From: Burkholderiaceae bacterium
GTDB lineage: Bacteria > Pseudomonadota > Gammaproteobacteria > Burkholderiales > Burkholderiaceae_C
Reading direction: 5' to 3'
Assembly (NCBI GenBank): GCA_023262645.1
Contig: JALRAA010000001.1
Coordinates: forward strand, 1-35,874
Length of the DNA: 35,874 bases
Shown here: positions 26,200-35,682 of the stretch, piece by piece
Numbering within the stretch: the first letter of the stretch is position 1
Layout: each line of letters starts with the position of its first letter
Notes under the pieces: model-generated
Database searches by the model: none
The model's input: the letters and a program-made list of their open reading frames with translations, nothing else
Told to the model about the DNA's origin: nothing
Position numbers and translations under genes: made by a program

Positions 26200-27414
26200 A
26201 TGAATACCTCTCACAAAACGCTCCCCATGTGGCAAGTGCTGATTTGTGGCGCTGTCATCGTTTCGCTGGCCATGGGTATTCGGCATGGTTTCGGTTTGTG
26301 GCTGCAGCCGATGACGCAAGAAATGGGCTGGGGGCGCGAGGACTTTGCCACCGCCATCGGCATTCAAAATATTTGTTGGGGTTTATTTGGCATTTTTTCA
26401 GGCATGTTGGCCGACCGCTTCGGTGCCTTTCGCGTCATGGTGGTCAGCGCCCTGATGTATGCAGCCGGTTTATGGGGCATGGCCCACGCCACTTCACCTG
26501 CTTGGTTGGCAATCACCGCTGGCGTGATGGTCGGTGCGGCGCAAGCGGGAACCACATTTGCCATCGTGTTTGGCATTGTTGGGCGCAATATTCCTGCTGA
26601 CAAAAGGTCTTGGGCCATGGGCGTGGTGTCGTCTGCGGGTTCATTTGGCCAATTTTTGCTGGTGCCGAGTTCGTCTTATTTGATTCAACACATAGGCTGG
26701 CACCAAGCCTTGGTGGTTTTGGCCACCGCTTTGATGGTGGTGATGCCATTGCTGCTGGGTTTGCGAGAACCCGCATTTGCTGACGGAAAAGCACCTTTCA
26801 GGCAACAAAGCATTTTGCAAGCCTTGCGCGAAGCCTTTGGTTACCGCAGTTTTCAATTGCTGATGGCGGGGTATTTTGTATGCGGTTTTCAAGTGGTGTT
26901 CATCGGTGTGCACATGCCGAGCTTTTTGAAAGACCAAGGGCTTGACCCGCATGTGGCTGGCACGGCGCTGGCCTTGATTGGCTTGTTCAACATTTTTGGC
27001 ACCTACGCTGCGGGCAGTTTGGGACAGCATCTGCCCAAAAATTTGATCCTCACGGCCATTTACGTCGCCCGTGGTGTGTTCATCAGTGTGTTTATCAGCA
27101 TGCCCATCACGCCCACTTCGGTCTATGTGTTTGCGGCAGCCATGGGTTTGTTGTGGTTGTCGACGGTGCCTGTCACCAACGCCGTGATTGCGCAGATTTT
27201 TGGTATTTCACACCTGTCCATGCTCAGCGGCTTTGTGTTCATGAGCCACCAGTTCGGGAGCTACCTTGGCGTATGGCTTGGCGGCTGGGTGTACGACCGC
27301 ACCGGCAGCTATGACTTGGTTTGGTATGGGTGCATCGGTTTGAGCCTGTTTGCCGCACTGATCAATTTGCCTGTGCGAGAACAACCCATCTTGCGCCGCA
27401 CGGTGGTTGCATGA
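26200..27414 (+). CDS. MFS transporter
   Basis: About 12 hydrophobic helices; motif A GMLADRFG; GGWVYDRTGSY. Start at ATG 26200. Confidence 0.92.
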   Translation: MNTSHKTLPMWQVLICGAVIVSLAMGIRHGFGLWLQPMTQEMGWGREDFATAIGIQNICWGLFGIFSGMLADRFGAFRVMVVSALMYAAGLWGMAHATSPAWLAITAGVMVGAAQAGTTFAIVFGIVGRNIPADKRSWAMGVVSSAGSFGQFLLVPSSSYLIQHIGWHQALVVLATALMVVMPLLLGLREPAFADGKAPFRQQSILQALREAFGYRSFQLLMAGYFVCGFQVVFIGVHMPSFLKDQGLDPHVAGTALALIGLFNIFGTYAAGSLGQHLPKNLILTAIYVARGVFISVFISMPITPTSVYVFAAAMGLLWLSTVPVTNAVIAQIFGISHLSMLSGFVFMSHQFGSYLGVWLGGWVYDRTGSYDLVWYGCIGLSLFAALINLPVREQPILRRTVVA

Positions 27415-27551
27415 TGAAATCACAAACACTTCAACCTGTTCAGGGCTTGGTGGCGTTAACCGCTGTTGCTGTATTGATGGGGGTGTTCCTGCTTTATCAG
27501 CGGCCTGAATTTGTTGTCACCTTGTCTGATTTGTTCTGGGGGTGTTTCTGA
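27411..27551 (+). CDS. Small single-TM membrane protein (46 aa)
   Basis: ATGA overlap with the MFS stop and ends 1 nt before the SDR start; MMKSQ…LVALTAVAVLMGVFLLYQRPEFVVTLSDLFWGCF. Confidence 0.65.
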   Translation: MMKSQTLQPVQGLVALTAVAVLMGVFLLYQRPEFVVTLSDLFWGCF

Positions 27552-27552
27552 C

Positions 27553-28368
27553 ATGCCGAACATCATCATCACCGGTGCGTCTGACGGTATCGGCGCCGAA
27601 ATGGCCAGGCAATTGGCCAGGCGCCACGGGCTGCAAGCCATGTTGGTGCTGGCCGCACGCAACGCCAACAAACTGCAATCTGTCGCGGCGGAATGCAAGG
27701 CGCTTGGTGCGCGCACGCTGATCATGCCGACCGACGTCACCGACGCAAGCCAATGCACTCACTTGGTGGACACCACCGTGCGCGAATGCGGCGGCTTGGA
27801 CATTTTGATCAATAACGCTGGCATTTCTGCGCATGCACTCTTAGAAGATGTTCCCGCAGACAAATTGGGCTGGTATGAGCAACTTATGCGGGTGAACCTG
27901 TGGGGCAGCGTTTACTGCACGCATGCCGCCTTGCCCCATTTGAAGCAAAGCCATGGCCGCATTGTTGCCGTGTCCTCGCTGGCCGGGCTGGTGGGTGTGC
28001 CCGGTCGCACCGCCTACAGCGCCAGCAAATTCGCCATGACTGGGTTTTTTGAAGCCCTGCGCACCGAACTCAAAGACAGCGGAGTGAGCGTGACATTGGC
28101 CTATCCCGGCGTTGTCAGCACGAATATCCGTCACCATGGTTGGAATGCACAAGGCGAGACAGCGGGTGTGAGTGGCTTGCATGAAGAGCAAGCGATGTCC
28201 ACCCAAGAATGCGCACGGCTCATCATTTACGCCATGGTCAGACGGCGACGCGAAGTGGTCATGACCGCCAAAGGCAAGGTCGGCAGATGGCTCAAGCTTC
28301 TTGCGCCCGGGCTGGTGGACCGCATGGCGCTGGCCGCCGTCAAAGAAGATTTTCGGCCGCGCCCATGA
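27553..28368 (+). CDS. Short-chain dehydrogenase/reductase (SDR)
   Basis: TGASDGIG, NNAG, VSSLAG, YSASK catalytic motif. Confidence 0.94.
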   Translation: MPNIIITGASDGIGAEMARQLARRHGLQAMLVLAARNANKLQSVAAECKALGARTLIMPTDVTDASQCTHLVDTTVRECGGLDILINNAGISAHALLEDVPADKLGWYEQLMRVNLWGSVYCTHAALPHLKQSHGRIVAVSSLAGLVGVPGRTAYSASKFAMTGFFEALRTELKDSGVSVTLAYPGVVSTNIRHHGWNAQGETAGVSGLHEEQAMSTQECARLIIYAMVRRRREVVMTAKGKVGRWLKLLAPGLVDRMALAAVKEDFRPRP

Positions 28369-28922
28369 CACAACATCTGCATGCTGCCACCCAAGCCTCC
28401 GCTTGGGTCATGCGTTGGTCGCACCTGATTCCTCGCCACGGCAAAGTGTTGGACTTGGCGTGTGGCCACGGCAGACACATGCAATGGTTAAAGCAACAAG
28501 GTTTCGATTGCATGGGGGTTGACCGCGACGCACAAGCATTGGAATCTGCCAAGGCTTTTGGCGAGGTGGTGCAAGCCGATGTGGAAAACCAAGCCTGGCC
28601 TTTGGCAAGCCGAACCTTCGAAGGCGTGGTGGTCACAAACTATTTGTGGCGTGCGCTCTGGCCGGATTTGCTGAGCGCGGTGGCTGAATCAGGCGTTCTG
28701 ATTTACGAAACATTCGCCGACGGCAACGCCACGGTTGGCAAACCTTCGAACCCGGATTTTCTGCTCAAGCCTGGCGAATTGCTGAGCCTTTGCAAGGGGT
28801 TGCGAGTGATTGCTTATGAAGATGGCTTTGCCGAGGATCCCGAGCGATTCATTCAACGCATCGTCGCTGTGCGAGAGCCCTTGTCTGACCTTGGGTTTAA
28901 GCGTTATAGGCTGCATGTCTGA
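28365..28922 (+). CDS. Class I SAM-dependent methyltransferase (TehB-like)
   Basis: VLDLACGHGRH, GVDRD, VVTNYLWR, LIYETF, PSNPDFLLKPGELL; ATGA overlap with the SDR gene. Confidence 0.88.
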   Translation: MTQHLHAATQASAWVMRWSHLIPRHGKVLDLACGHGRHMQWLKQQGFDCMGVDRDAQALESAKAFGEVVQADVENQAWPLASRTFEGVVVTNYLWRALWPDLLSAVAESGVLIYETFADGNATVGKPSNPDFLLKPGELLSLCKGLRVIAYEDGFAEDPERFIQRIVAVREPLSDLGFKRYRLHV

Positions 28923-28959
28923 ATCCCCATCAGCCTCTTCAGCGCAACGGGGCTAAAGC

Positions 28960-28965
28960 TAGAAT
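28960..28965 (+). promoter_or_regulatory. Candidate -10 box (TAGAAT) for dapA-bamC
   Basis: TAGAAT 30 nt upstream of the dapA ATG in a 73-bp gap. Confidence 0.4.
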
Positions 28966-28995
28966 GGCTGTTTTGTCACGAACACACTGAATTTC

Positions 28996-29877
28996 ATGGC
29001 ACCTATCACAGGCAGTATCGTGGCCTTGGTCACTCCGATGCTAGAAGACGGCAGCATCGATTACCCGCACCTCAGAAAACTGATCGATTGGCATATCAGC
29101 CAAGGCACTGACTGCATCGGTGTGGTGGGCACCACGGGCGAATCGCCTACGGTCACGGTGGAAGAACATTGCGAAATCATTCGCGTATCGGTTGAGCAAT
29201 CTGCAGGGCGCGTGCCCATCATGGCCGGTTGCGGTGCCAACTCCACCGCTGAAGCCATCGAATTGGCTCGCTTTGCCCACGAAGTCGGTGCCGATTGCCA
29301 ATTGCAAGTGGTGCCCTACTACAACAAACCCACCCAAGAAGGCCAGTACCAACACTTTCGCGCGATTGCAGAAGCGGTCGATTTGCCCATGGTGCTCTAC
29401 AACGTTCCCGGTCGCACCGTGGCTGATCTGCAGCATGACACCGTCATGCGCTTGTCACAGATCGACGGCATCATCGGCATCAAAGAGGCGACCGGCAATT
29501 TAGAACGTGCCCAATGGCTGATACATGAGGCCCCTGAAGGTTTCGCCGTGTATTCAGGTGACGACGGCACCGCTGTCGCGCTGATGCTGTGCGGCGGACA
29601 AGGTAACGTCAGCGTCACGGCGAACGTCGCACCCAAACGCATGCACGACTTGTGTGTCGCAGCCATCGCCGGTCAAGCGAAAGAAGCCATGGCCATCCAA
29701 AACGCTTTGCTGAACTTACACAAACACATGTTCACAGAAGCCAACCCGATTCCCGTGAAATGGGCGGTGGCTCGCATGGGCTTGTGTGGCGGCACCATGC
29801 GCTTGCCCATGACCCCTTTGTCCGCTACGCACCAGCCCGCACTCGAAGCGGCTATGCGTGCATGCGGCTTGATTTGA
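28996..29877 (+). CDS. dapA: 4-hydroxy-tetrahydrodipicolinate synthase
   Basis: [36 protein letters not shown] (Schiff-base Lys), SGDD, NPIPVK. Confidence 0.97.
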   Translation: MAPITGSIVALVTPMLEDGSIDYPHLRKLIDWHISQGTDCIGVVGTTGESPTVTVEEHCEIIRVSVEQSAGRVPIMAGCGANSTAEAIELARFAHEVGADCQLQVVPYYNKPTQEGQYQHFRAIAEAVDLPMVLYNVPGRTVADLQHDTVMRLSQIDGIIGIKEATGNLERAQWLIHEAPEGFAVYSGDDGTAVALMLCGGQGNVSVTANVAPKRMHDLCVAAIAGQAKEAMAIQNALLNLHKHMFTEANPIPVKWAVARMGLCGGTMRLPMTPLSATHQPALEAAMRACGLI

Positions 29878-29900
29878 ATTTCCCTCTAAGGACTGTTTAC

Positions 29901-31016
29901 ATGTTGCCTTTTGCAATTTCCTCTTTCCGGTCAAGCAGTCTGATCGCCTTGGTTTTTTTACTGACTGCATGTGGCTCTGTACTAGAAACTGACAAAGTCA
30001 ATTACAAATCTGAAAGTGACGCAAAGAATGCCGCGCCGCTTGAGGTGCCGCCTGATCTCACCAAAATGTCGCGCAGCAAGCGCTATGAATTGCCCGGTGG
30101 CAGCATCAGCGCCAAAACACTCAGCACTGAAGCTGCGACTGCCGATCCGGACACCACCAGCCCTTTGCGCATTGCCGATTTGCAAATCAAAAAAAGCGGC
30201 AGCCAAATTTGGCTGGAAGTGGGCAGAACACCCGAAGTGCTCTGGCCTCAGGTCAAATCCTTTTGGACAGAAGCTGGCTTCACACTGGCACGTGAAGAAC
30301 AAAAATTGGGGTTGATGGAAACCGATTGGGCCGAAAACCGCGCCAAACTGCCCCAAGATTTCATTCGCCGCAGCATTGGGAAATTGGTAGACAGTCTCTA
30401 CTCCACGGGTGAGCGCGACAAATTTCGCATCAGCTTAGAGCGCACCGCAGACAACAAAACTGAGATTTACATTTCTCACCGTGGCTTGATAGAGGTCTAC
30501 GCTGACACCATGGCACGCAAAATTGTGTGGCAACCCCGTCCCAGCGATCCAGAACTGGAAAAAGAATTCCTGCGTCGGTTGATGATTCAACTCGACCCTA
30601 CGCTGGCAAACAATGAAAAGATGGCCGAAGCCGCCACACCCAGCAAGGCCAGCGCCAGCACGTTGGTCAACATCGAAGGCAAACCAGCCGTGTCTTTCAA
30701 CCAAGGGTTCGACATCACTTGGCGTCGGGTCGGACTCACCTTGGACCGCAATGGCTTCACCGTGGAAGACCGAGATCGCAAACTTGGTATGTATTTCGTG
30801 CGTTATGTCGAAGTCAATGCAGACGGCGAACCAGGATTTTTCAGCCGTATCTTCAGCAAATCTGCGCCCGTCAAAGAGCCGCAACAATTCCGCATCAAAA
30901 TCGAGAGCAACCAAGAGCAACAATCAACCATCTTGATTTTGAATTCTTCCGGCGCGCCCGATGGGTCTGAAACCGCCAAAAAAATCGCCCAACTGCTGGT
31001 CAACGAATTGCAATAA
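29901..31016 (+). CDS. bamC: Outer membrane protein assembly lipoprotein BamC (NlpB/DapX)
   Basis: Lipobox LTAC, LEVPPDL, METDWAENRAKLPQD, YSTGERDKFR; typical position after dapA; RBS TAAGGA. Confidence 0.9.
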   Translation: MLPFAISSFRSSSLIALVFLLTACGSVLETDKVNYKSESDAKNAAPLEVPPDLTKMSRSKRYELPGGSISAKTLSTEAATADPDTTSPLRIADLQIKKSGSQIWLEVGRTPEVLWPQVKSFWTEAGFTLAREEQKLGLMETDWAENRAKLPQDFIRRSIGKLVDSLYSTGERDKFRISLERTADNKTEIYISHRGLIEVYADTMARKIVWQPRPSDPELEKEFLRRLMIQLDPTLANNEKMAEAATPSKASASTLVNIEGKPAVSFNQGFDITWRRVGLTLDRNGFTVEDRDRKLGMYFVRYVEVNADGEPGFFSRIFSKSAPVKEPQQFRIKIESNQEQQSTILILNSSGAPDGSETAKKIAQLLVNELQ

Positions 31017-31021
31017 TTTTT

Positions 31022-31810
31022 GTGCTTCGATTCAAAAACCTCGGCAGTGGCAGTGCAGGCAACGCCACCCTGATCGAAGCCACTTGCGGTTTGCAAGTAT
31101 CACGACTGTTGGTCGACTGTGGCCTGAGCGTGCGTGAACTCTCTCGCCGTCTTTCGGTGGCCGATTTGTCTGTCGAAGACATCGATGCGGTATTCATCAC
31201 CCATGAACACGCCGACCATATTGGCCACGCCAAATCGTTGGCGCTGCGCACCGGAAAACCCATTTGGATGAGCCGAGGCACGGCTTTGGCCAGCCAATTG
31301 ATGGACTGGGGGTTGTCTCAGGCCCAATGCCAAATGGCCAGTGACGGTCAGGTGTTTGAAGTAGGCTCTTTGCAAATCACTCCGTTCACAGTGCCACATG
31401 ATGCCCGAGAGCCGTTGCAATTGCGTTGCACCGATGGTTCGCATCACCTTGGCATATTGACCGATCTCGGCCACGGCAGCGCCCATGTGTTGCAAGCCCT
31501 GCAACATTGCCATGCTTTGCTACTGGAATGCAACCACGACCGCGAGTTGCTGGCCCATTCCGCTTACCCCCCTTTTTTGAAAAAGCGCATTGCAGGCCCT
31601 CAAGGGCATTTGTCCAACGAAGAATCGGCTGCGCTTGCCAAAGCATTGGTTCATCCACAACTCAACTTGATTGTTGCCGCGCATTTGAGTGAACGAAATA
31701 ACCGCCCAGAATTGGCGCAAGACCTATTGGCGCAAGCCACAGGCTGTTCGGCAAACGACATCCCTGTGGCAGACCCTGTGAATGGCACCCCTTGGCACGT
31801 GGTGCATTGA
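31022..31810 (+). CDS. MBL-fold metallo-hydrolase (YycJ/WalJ-like)
   Basis: LGSGSAGN, LVDCG, THEHADH, VPHDA, LECNHD, GHLSN, AHLSERNN; GTG start. Confidence 0.9.
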   Translation: MLRFKNLGSGSAGNATLIEATCGLQVSRLLVDCGLSVRELSRRLSVADLSVEDIDAVFITHEHADHIGHAKSLALRTGKPIWMSRGTALASQLMDWGLSQAQCQMASDGQVFEVGSLQITPFTVPHDAREPLQLRCTDGSHHLGILTDLGHGSAHVLQALQHCHALLLECNHDRELLAHSAYPPFLKKRIAGPQGHLSNEESAALAKALVHPQLNLIVAAHLSERNNRPELAQDLLAQATGCSANDIPVADPVNGTPWHVVH

Positions 31811-31853
31811 CCGCTGCATCAAGTATTTCTTGCAGTCTCACTGGTTATAGGCG

Positions 31854-31884
31854 AAAAAAAAGCCACCCGAAGGTGGCTGTTTTT
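31854..31884. terminator. Bidirectional intrinsic terminator
   Basis: A-tract, AGCCACC-CGAA-GGTGGCT hairpin (31861-31878), then GTTTTT, between convergent genes. Confidence 0.85.
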
Positions 31885-31898
31885 GGAAGCAGAAAAAA

Positions 31899-32102
31899 TT
31901 ACTTCTTCTCTTCAGCAGGAGCAGCAGGAGCGGCAGCAGGAGCAGCGGCAGGGGCTTCAGCAGGTGCGGGCGCCGATGCGTCAGCAGCGGGTGCAGGCGC
32001 AGCAGCAGGAGCGGGTGCGGGCGCAGGTGCGGGGGTTTCTTTTTTGCCACAAGCGACCAAAGCAGCGGCCAACAACGTTGCCAAGAGGAGTGATTTTTTC
32101 AT
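31899..32102 (-). CDS. Small Ala/Pro-rich lipoprotein (67 aa)
   Basis: MKKSLLLATLLAAALVAC lipobox, then GKKE and PA/AAAP repeats; RBS AAAGGA; followed by a terminator. Confidence 0.88.
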   Translation of the reverse strand: MKKSLLLATLLAAALVACGKKETPAPAPAPAPAAAPAPAADASAPAPAEAPAAAPAAAPAAPAEEKK

Positions 32103-32214
32103 GGGGGTATTTCCTTTAATAAAGACTAAAACGTTTCAAGGGATGCCAGATGCCAAAATGAATTCGAACATGTGACCGAGCCGACGGACTCAATTTCCTT
32201 CAACTCAGCCTCCG

Positions 32215-32220
32215 ATTATA
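32215..32220 (-). promoter_or_regulatory. Consensus -10 box (TATAAT) for the lipoprotein gene
   Basis: Perfect TATAAT on the minus strand, 112 nt upstream of the ATG. Confidence 0.5.
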
Positions 32221-32241
32221 GGTGATTTCCCGCAGAGCCCT

Positions 32242-33381
32242 TTATTTGCCCTTTTTCGCCGGTAGGGAATTCAGCCATCCAGCTTCTAACCACTCCATCA
32301 GCAGTTGCCGAACCTTTGGTGAGGCATCCTGTATGTCCGAGGAATCCAAGCGCCGCCTGTCTGCCAATTGGCGCAACAAGTGGGCATCTTGACCTTTGCA
32401 GCGCCAGCTTTCTCCATTGATGAACACAAAGTCTTGGTCGTAGAGCATTTGGGTTTTTCGGTCCAAACAAACCCCTGCTAACTGACGGGGGCGAGGACGG
32501 CTGTCAAACCACACCTGCGATTTAGGCTCACTCAACCATTCGCCCAAGGCGCAGCGAATATCGGCGTCTCGTTGCAACATTTGCAACACACTCTCACGGG
32601 CAAAGGCTTGAAGCGCAACAGGTATGCGAGCGGGTTGGCGGGTGGCAAGTTGGTACGGATCGCTGTAAGTGACTGGCGGTTTCACGGGTTCGAAATCGGC
32701 CAATCGACTGATCAGCGCTGCCCCCATGGACTGATCGGTCTCGGCTTTGAAGCCAATGGAATAGGTCATGCATTCGCCGACAGCCACACCTTCATGGGCG
32801 TATTGCGGCGGCAAATACAGCATGTCTCCGGGTTCGAGCAACCAGGTTTGCGTGGGTTTGAACCGCGCCAATATTTTCAGTGGCAAATCGTCGCGCAACG
32901 ACAGGTTTTTTTGCGCGCCAATGCGCCAGCGCCGCTGTCCATGCGCCTGTAACAAAAACACGTCATAGCTGTCGAAATGCGGACCGACACCACCGCCATC
33001 GCTGGCATAACTCACCATCACATCATCCAAACGCGCGTCTGGAATGAACCGAAAGCGCTCGCGCAATTTGGCCAAGGCATCGCTGTGCAAATCAGCGCCC
33101 TGCACCAGTAATGTCCAATGTGAAAGCTTCAGTGCTGGAAGTTGTCTGGGTTTGAAAGGGCCAGTGCGCAGTTGCCAAGGCTGCTGGAAGCCATCGCCTG
33201 TGACCAACCGTGACTCCACGTCTGACTGCGCGGCCAGTTCGAACAGCGCTTGTCGTGTGATCAGTGGCTGCATGTTTGGAATGGCTTGGCGAATCAGCAA
33301 AGGTTTTTTTTGCCAATAGTCCCGCATGAACACCTGCGGGCTGATGCCTGCAAGCACGTCGGACTGATCGGGGTTTTTCAT
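32242..33381 (-). CDS. roxA: JmjC/cupin ribosomal protein uL16 arginine hydroxylase (RoxA/YcfD family)
   Basis: FMRDYWQKKPLLIR, VESRLV, WTLLVQ, RLDDVMVSYA, GGVGPHFDSYDVFLLQ (HxD), PGDMLYLPP..AHEG, YSIGF. Start at ATG 33381. Confidence 0.88.
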   Translation of the reverse strand: MKNPDQSDVLAGISPQVFMRDYWQKKPLLIRQAIPNMQPLITRQALFELAAQSDVESRLVTGDGFQQPWQLRTGPFKPRQLPALKLSHWTLLVQGADLHSDALAKLRERFRFIPDARLDDVMVSYASDGGGVGPHFDSYDVFLLQAHGQRRWRIGAQKNLSLRDDLPLKILARFKPTQTWLLEPGDMLYLPPQYAHEGVAVGECMTYSIGFKAETDQSMGAALISRLADFEPVKPPVTYSDPYQLATRQPARIPVALQAFARESVLQMLQRDADIRCALGEWLSEPKSQVWFDSRPRPRQLAGVCLDRKTQMLYDQDFVFINGESWRCKGQDAHLLRQLADRRRLDSSDIQDASPKVRQLLMEWLEAGWLNSLPAKKGK

Positions 33382-33412
33382 GGGCGTCTCCAAACTGCGA
33401 CAATTCTGCCGC

Positions 33413-33934
33413 ATGAACATCACCACAGACTGCGTTGTTGCCCTGACATGGGTACTCAAAGATGCCCAAGGCGAATTGCTCGATGAACTGGACGATCCTG
33501 TCGAGTTTTATTTGGGCGGGCACGATTTGCTGGAAAAAATCCAGCAAGCCCTGCAAGACCATGTGGTGGGCGACCGCATCGATCTTCACTTAGAGCCCGA
33601 AGAAGCCTTTGGCGAGTTCGATGAACTGCTGGTTTTCCTAGAGCCCAGAGCCTTGTTCCCTGCTGAAATCGAAGAAGGCATGACCATTGAAGGCCATGCG
33701 CTGCCAAAAGGCTGCAGTTTAGAGGCGCCCAAAGACGTGATCTACACCATCACAGATATTTACCCAGAGCATGTGGTGATCGATGGCAACCATCCCCTCT
33801 CGGGCATGGCGTTGCGCATATCGGTGACGGTGACTGGTGTCAGACATGCCACCAGCGAGGAGAAAAAACACGGCACTTGTGGCTTTGGGTTTTTCAGCCT
33901 GCCACCGTCGGCTGGCAACGATTTGCTGCACTGA
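33413..33934 (+). CDS. slyD: FKBP-type peptidyl-prolyl isomerase (SlyD-like)
   Basis: LEPEEAFGE, VVIDGNHPLSG, VRHATSEEKKHG; lacks a long His-rich tail. Start at ATG 33413. Confidence 0.85.
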   Translation: MNITTDCVVALTWVLKDAQGELLDELDDPVEFYLGGHDLLEKIQQALQDHVVGDRIDLHLEPEEAFGEFDELLVFLEPRALFPAEIEEGMTIEGHALPKGCSLEAPKDVIYTITDIYPEHVVIDGNHPLSGMALRISVTVTGVRHATSEEKKHGTCGFGFFSLPPSAGNDLLH

Positions 33935-34384
33935 TCAGCGTTTGCCTGTCGAGCCGTAACCGCCCTCGCCCCGTTCGCTGGCTTGGTTGAATTCGTCGAC
34001 CACATGAAATTGCGCTTGCACCACTGGCACGATCACCAGTTGCGCGATGCGCTCCATCGGCTCGATGGTGAATGCCACTTCACTGCGGTTCCAAGCACTC
34101 ACCATCAACTGGCCTTGGTAATCGCTGTCGATCAACCCCACCAAATTGCCCAAGACGATGCCATGTTTGTGCCCAAGGCCTGAGCGCGGCAATATCAATG
34201 CGGCGTAAGCTGGGTCTTTCAAATGCATGGCCATGCCTGTGGGTACGAGTTGCCAAGCATTGGGAGCCAACGTCAGCGGCTCATCCAAACATGCACGCAA
34301 ATCCAAACCGGCGCTGCCTGTGGTGGCATAAGCAGGCATCGCGTCACGCAAGCGCACATCCAAAATTTTGACGTCTAATTTCAT
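33935..34384 (-). CDS. dut: dUTP diphosphatase
   Basis: [37 protein letters not shown]; ATG 34384 overlaps the coaBC stop. Confidence 0.97.
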   Translation of the reverse strand: MKLDVKILDVRLRDAMPAYATTGSAGLDLRACLDEPLTLAPNAWQLVPTGMAMHLKDPAYAALILPRSGLGHKHGIVLGNLVGLIDSDYQGQLMVSAWNRSEVAFTIEPMERIAQLVIVPVVQAQFHVVDEFNQASERGEGGYGSTGKR

Positions 34385-35610
34385 GCGGTTTTCCTGAAGG
34401 TAGGTAAGCGGGTCGCGATCTCGGCGACGAGTTGGCGAGCCAATGCCAATTTGGATGCTCTGGGCCAATCGCTCACGCCGTGCTCATCCACCAGCAACAA
34501 GGCGTTGTCATCCGACCCAAAAGTGTCTGTCCCAATGTTGCCCACCAACAAGGGCACGTTTTTGCGCAAGCGCTTGGCTTGGGCATGTGTTTTCAAATCA
34601 TGGCTTTCGGCGGCAAAACCCACGCAAAACAATTCACCCCGGCGCGCTCTTGCAGACTCCGCTGCCAGCGCCAAGATATCTGGGTTTTCTGTCCATGCCA
34701 TGTTGGGCATCTGGCCCGACGCATCTTTTTTGATTTTTTCCAACGCGGCATGCGCAGGTCGCCAATCCGCCACAGCAGCCGTTGCAATGAACACATCGGT
34801 TTGTTCCAACTGGGACATCACCGCTGCATGCATTTCCAAGGCTGAACGCACATCCATTCGCTTCACCCCATAGGGCGTGGCCAAAGCGACGGGGCCAGCC
34901 ACCAGCGTCACGTTCGCCCCAGCCTGATGCGCAGCATGCGCCAGCGCAAATCCCATCTTGCCGCTTGAGCGGTTGGTGATGCCTCTGACAGGGTCGATGG
35001 CTTCGTACGTGGGCCCTGCGGACACCAGCACCTGCTTTCCTTGCAAGACTTTGCGCTGAAAGAGACTCACCACTTCTTGCATCAATTCATCGGGTTCGAG
35101 CATGCGTCCGTCGCCGGTTTCACCACAGGCTTGTTCACCTTGTCCAACGCCCAGCACATGGGCACCATCGGCTCGCAATTGCGCCATATTGCGCTGCGTG
35201 GCGGGATGCGCCCACATCTCTCGATTCATGGCAGGTGCCAACAACAAAGGCACCGTGTCAATCGGCCTGGCCAAGCACATCAGACTCAGCAAATCATCGG
35301 CTCTGCCGTGCAAGAGTTTGGCCATGAAATCAGCACTGGCAGGCGCGATCAACATGGCGTCGGCGTCTCGGCTGAGGTTGATATGCGCCATGTTGTTGGG
35401 CTCACGCGCATCCCATTGCGACACAAACACGGGCCGGTTGCTCAAAGCCTGCATGGTCACGGGTGTGATGAACTGCGCGGCCGCCTCGGTCATCACCACT
35501 TGCACGGTAGCGCCTTGCTTGACCAACGCCCGGCACAATTCGGCTGCCTTGTAACAAGCCACGCCGCCGCTCAAACCTAGAACAATGTGTTTGTTGTCGA
35601 GTTCACTCAT
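34381..35610 (-). CDS. coaBC: Bifunctional phosphopantothenoylcysteine decarboxylase / phosphopantothenate-cysteine ligase
   Basis: [59 protein letters not shown]. Start at ATG 35610. Confidence 0.96.
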   Translation of the reverse strand: MSELDNKHIVLGLSGGVACYKAAELCRALVKQGATVQVVMTEAAAQFITPVTMQALSNRPVFVSQWDAREPNNMAHINLSRDADAMLIAPASADFMAKLLHGRADDLLSLMCLARPIDTVPLLLAPAMNREMWAHPATQRNMAQLRADGAHVLGVGQGEQACGETGDGRMLEPDELMQEVVSLFQRKVLQGKQVLVSAGPTYEAIDPVRGITNRSSGKMGFALAHAAHQAGANVTLVAGPVALATPYGVKRMDVRSALEMHAAVMSQLEQTDVFIATAAVADWRPAHAALEKIKKDASGQMPNMAWTENPDILALAAESARARRGELFCVGFAAESHDLKTHAQAKRLRKNVPLLVGNIGTDTFGSDDNALLLVDEHGVSDWPRASKLALARQLVAEIATRLPTFRKTA

Positions 35611-35633
35611 GGGGCGCAATGTAGCAGAGCGCC

Positions 35634-35639
35634 TATAAT
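35634..35639 (+). promoter_or_regulatory. Consensus -10 box (TATAAT) for pyrG
   Basis: Perfect TATAAT 43 nt upstream of the pyrG ATG in the divergent gap. Confidence 0.5.
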
Positions 35640-35682
35640 TTGGAATTACCACCTCTGGGGAGCCCGGCCCTCCCAAACCGAC

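Noticed and set aside
31910-32035. GCAGCAGGAGC / GCGGGTGC short tandem repeats as CRISPR or VNTR
   Set aside because: No constant repeat with unique spacers and no cas genes; explained by Pro/Ala codons of the lipoprotein.
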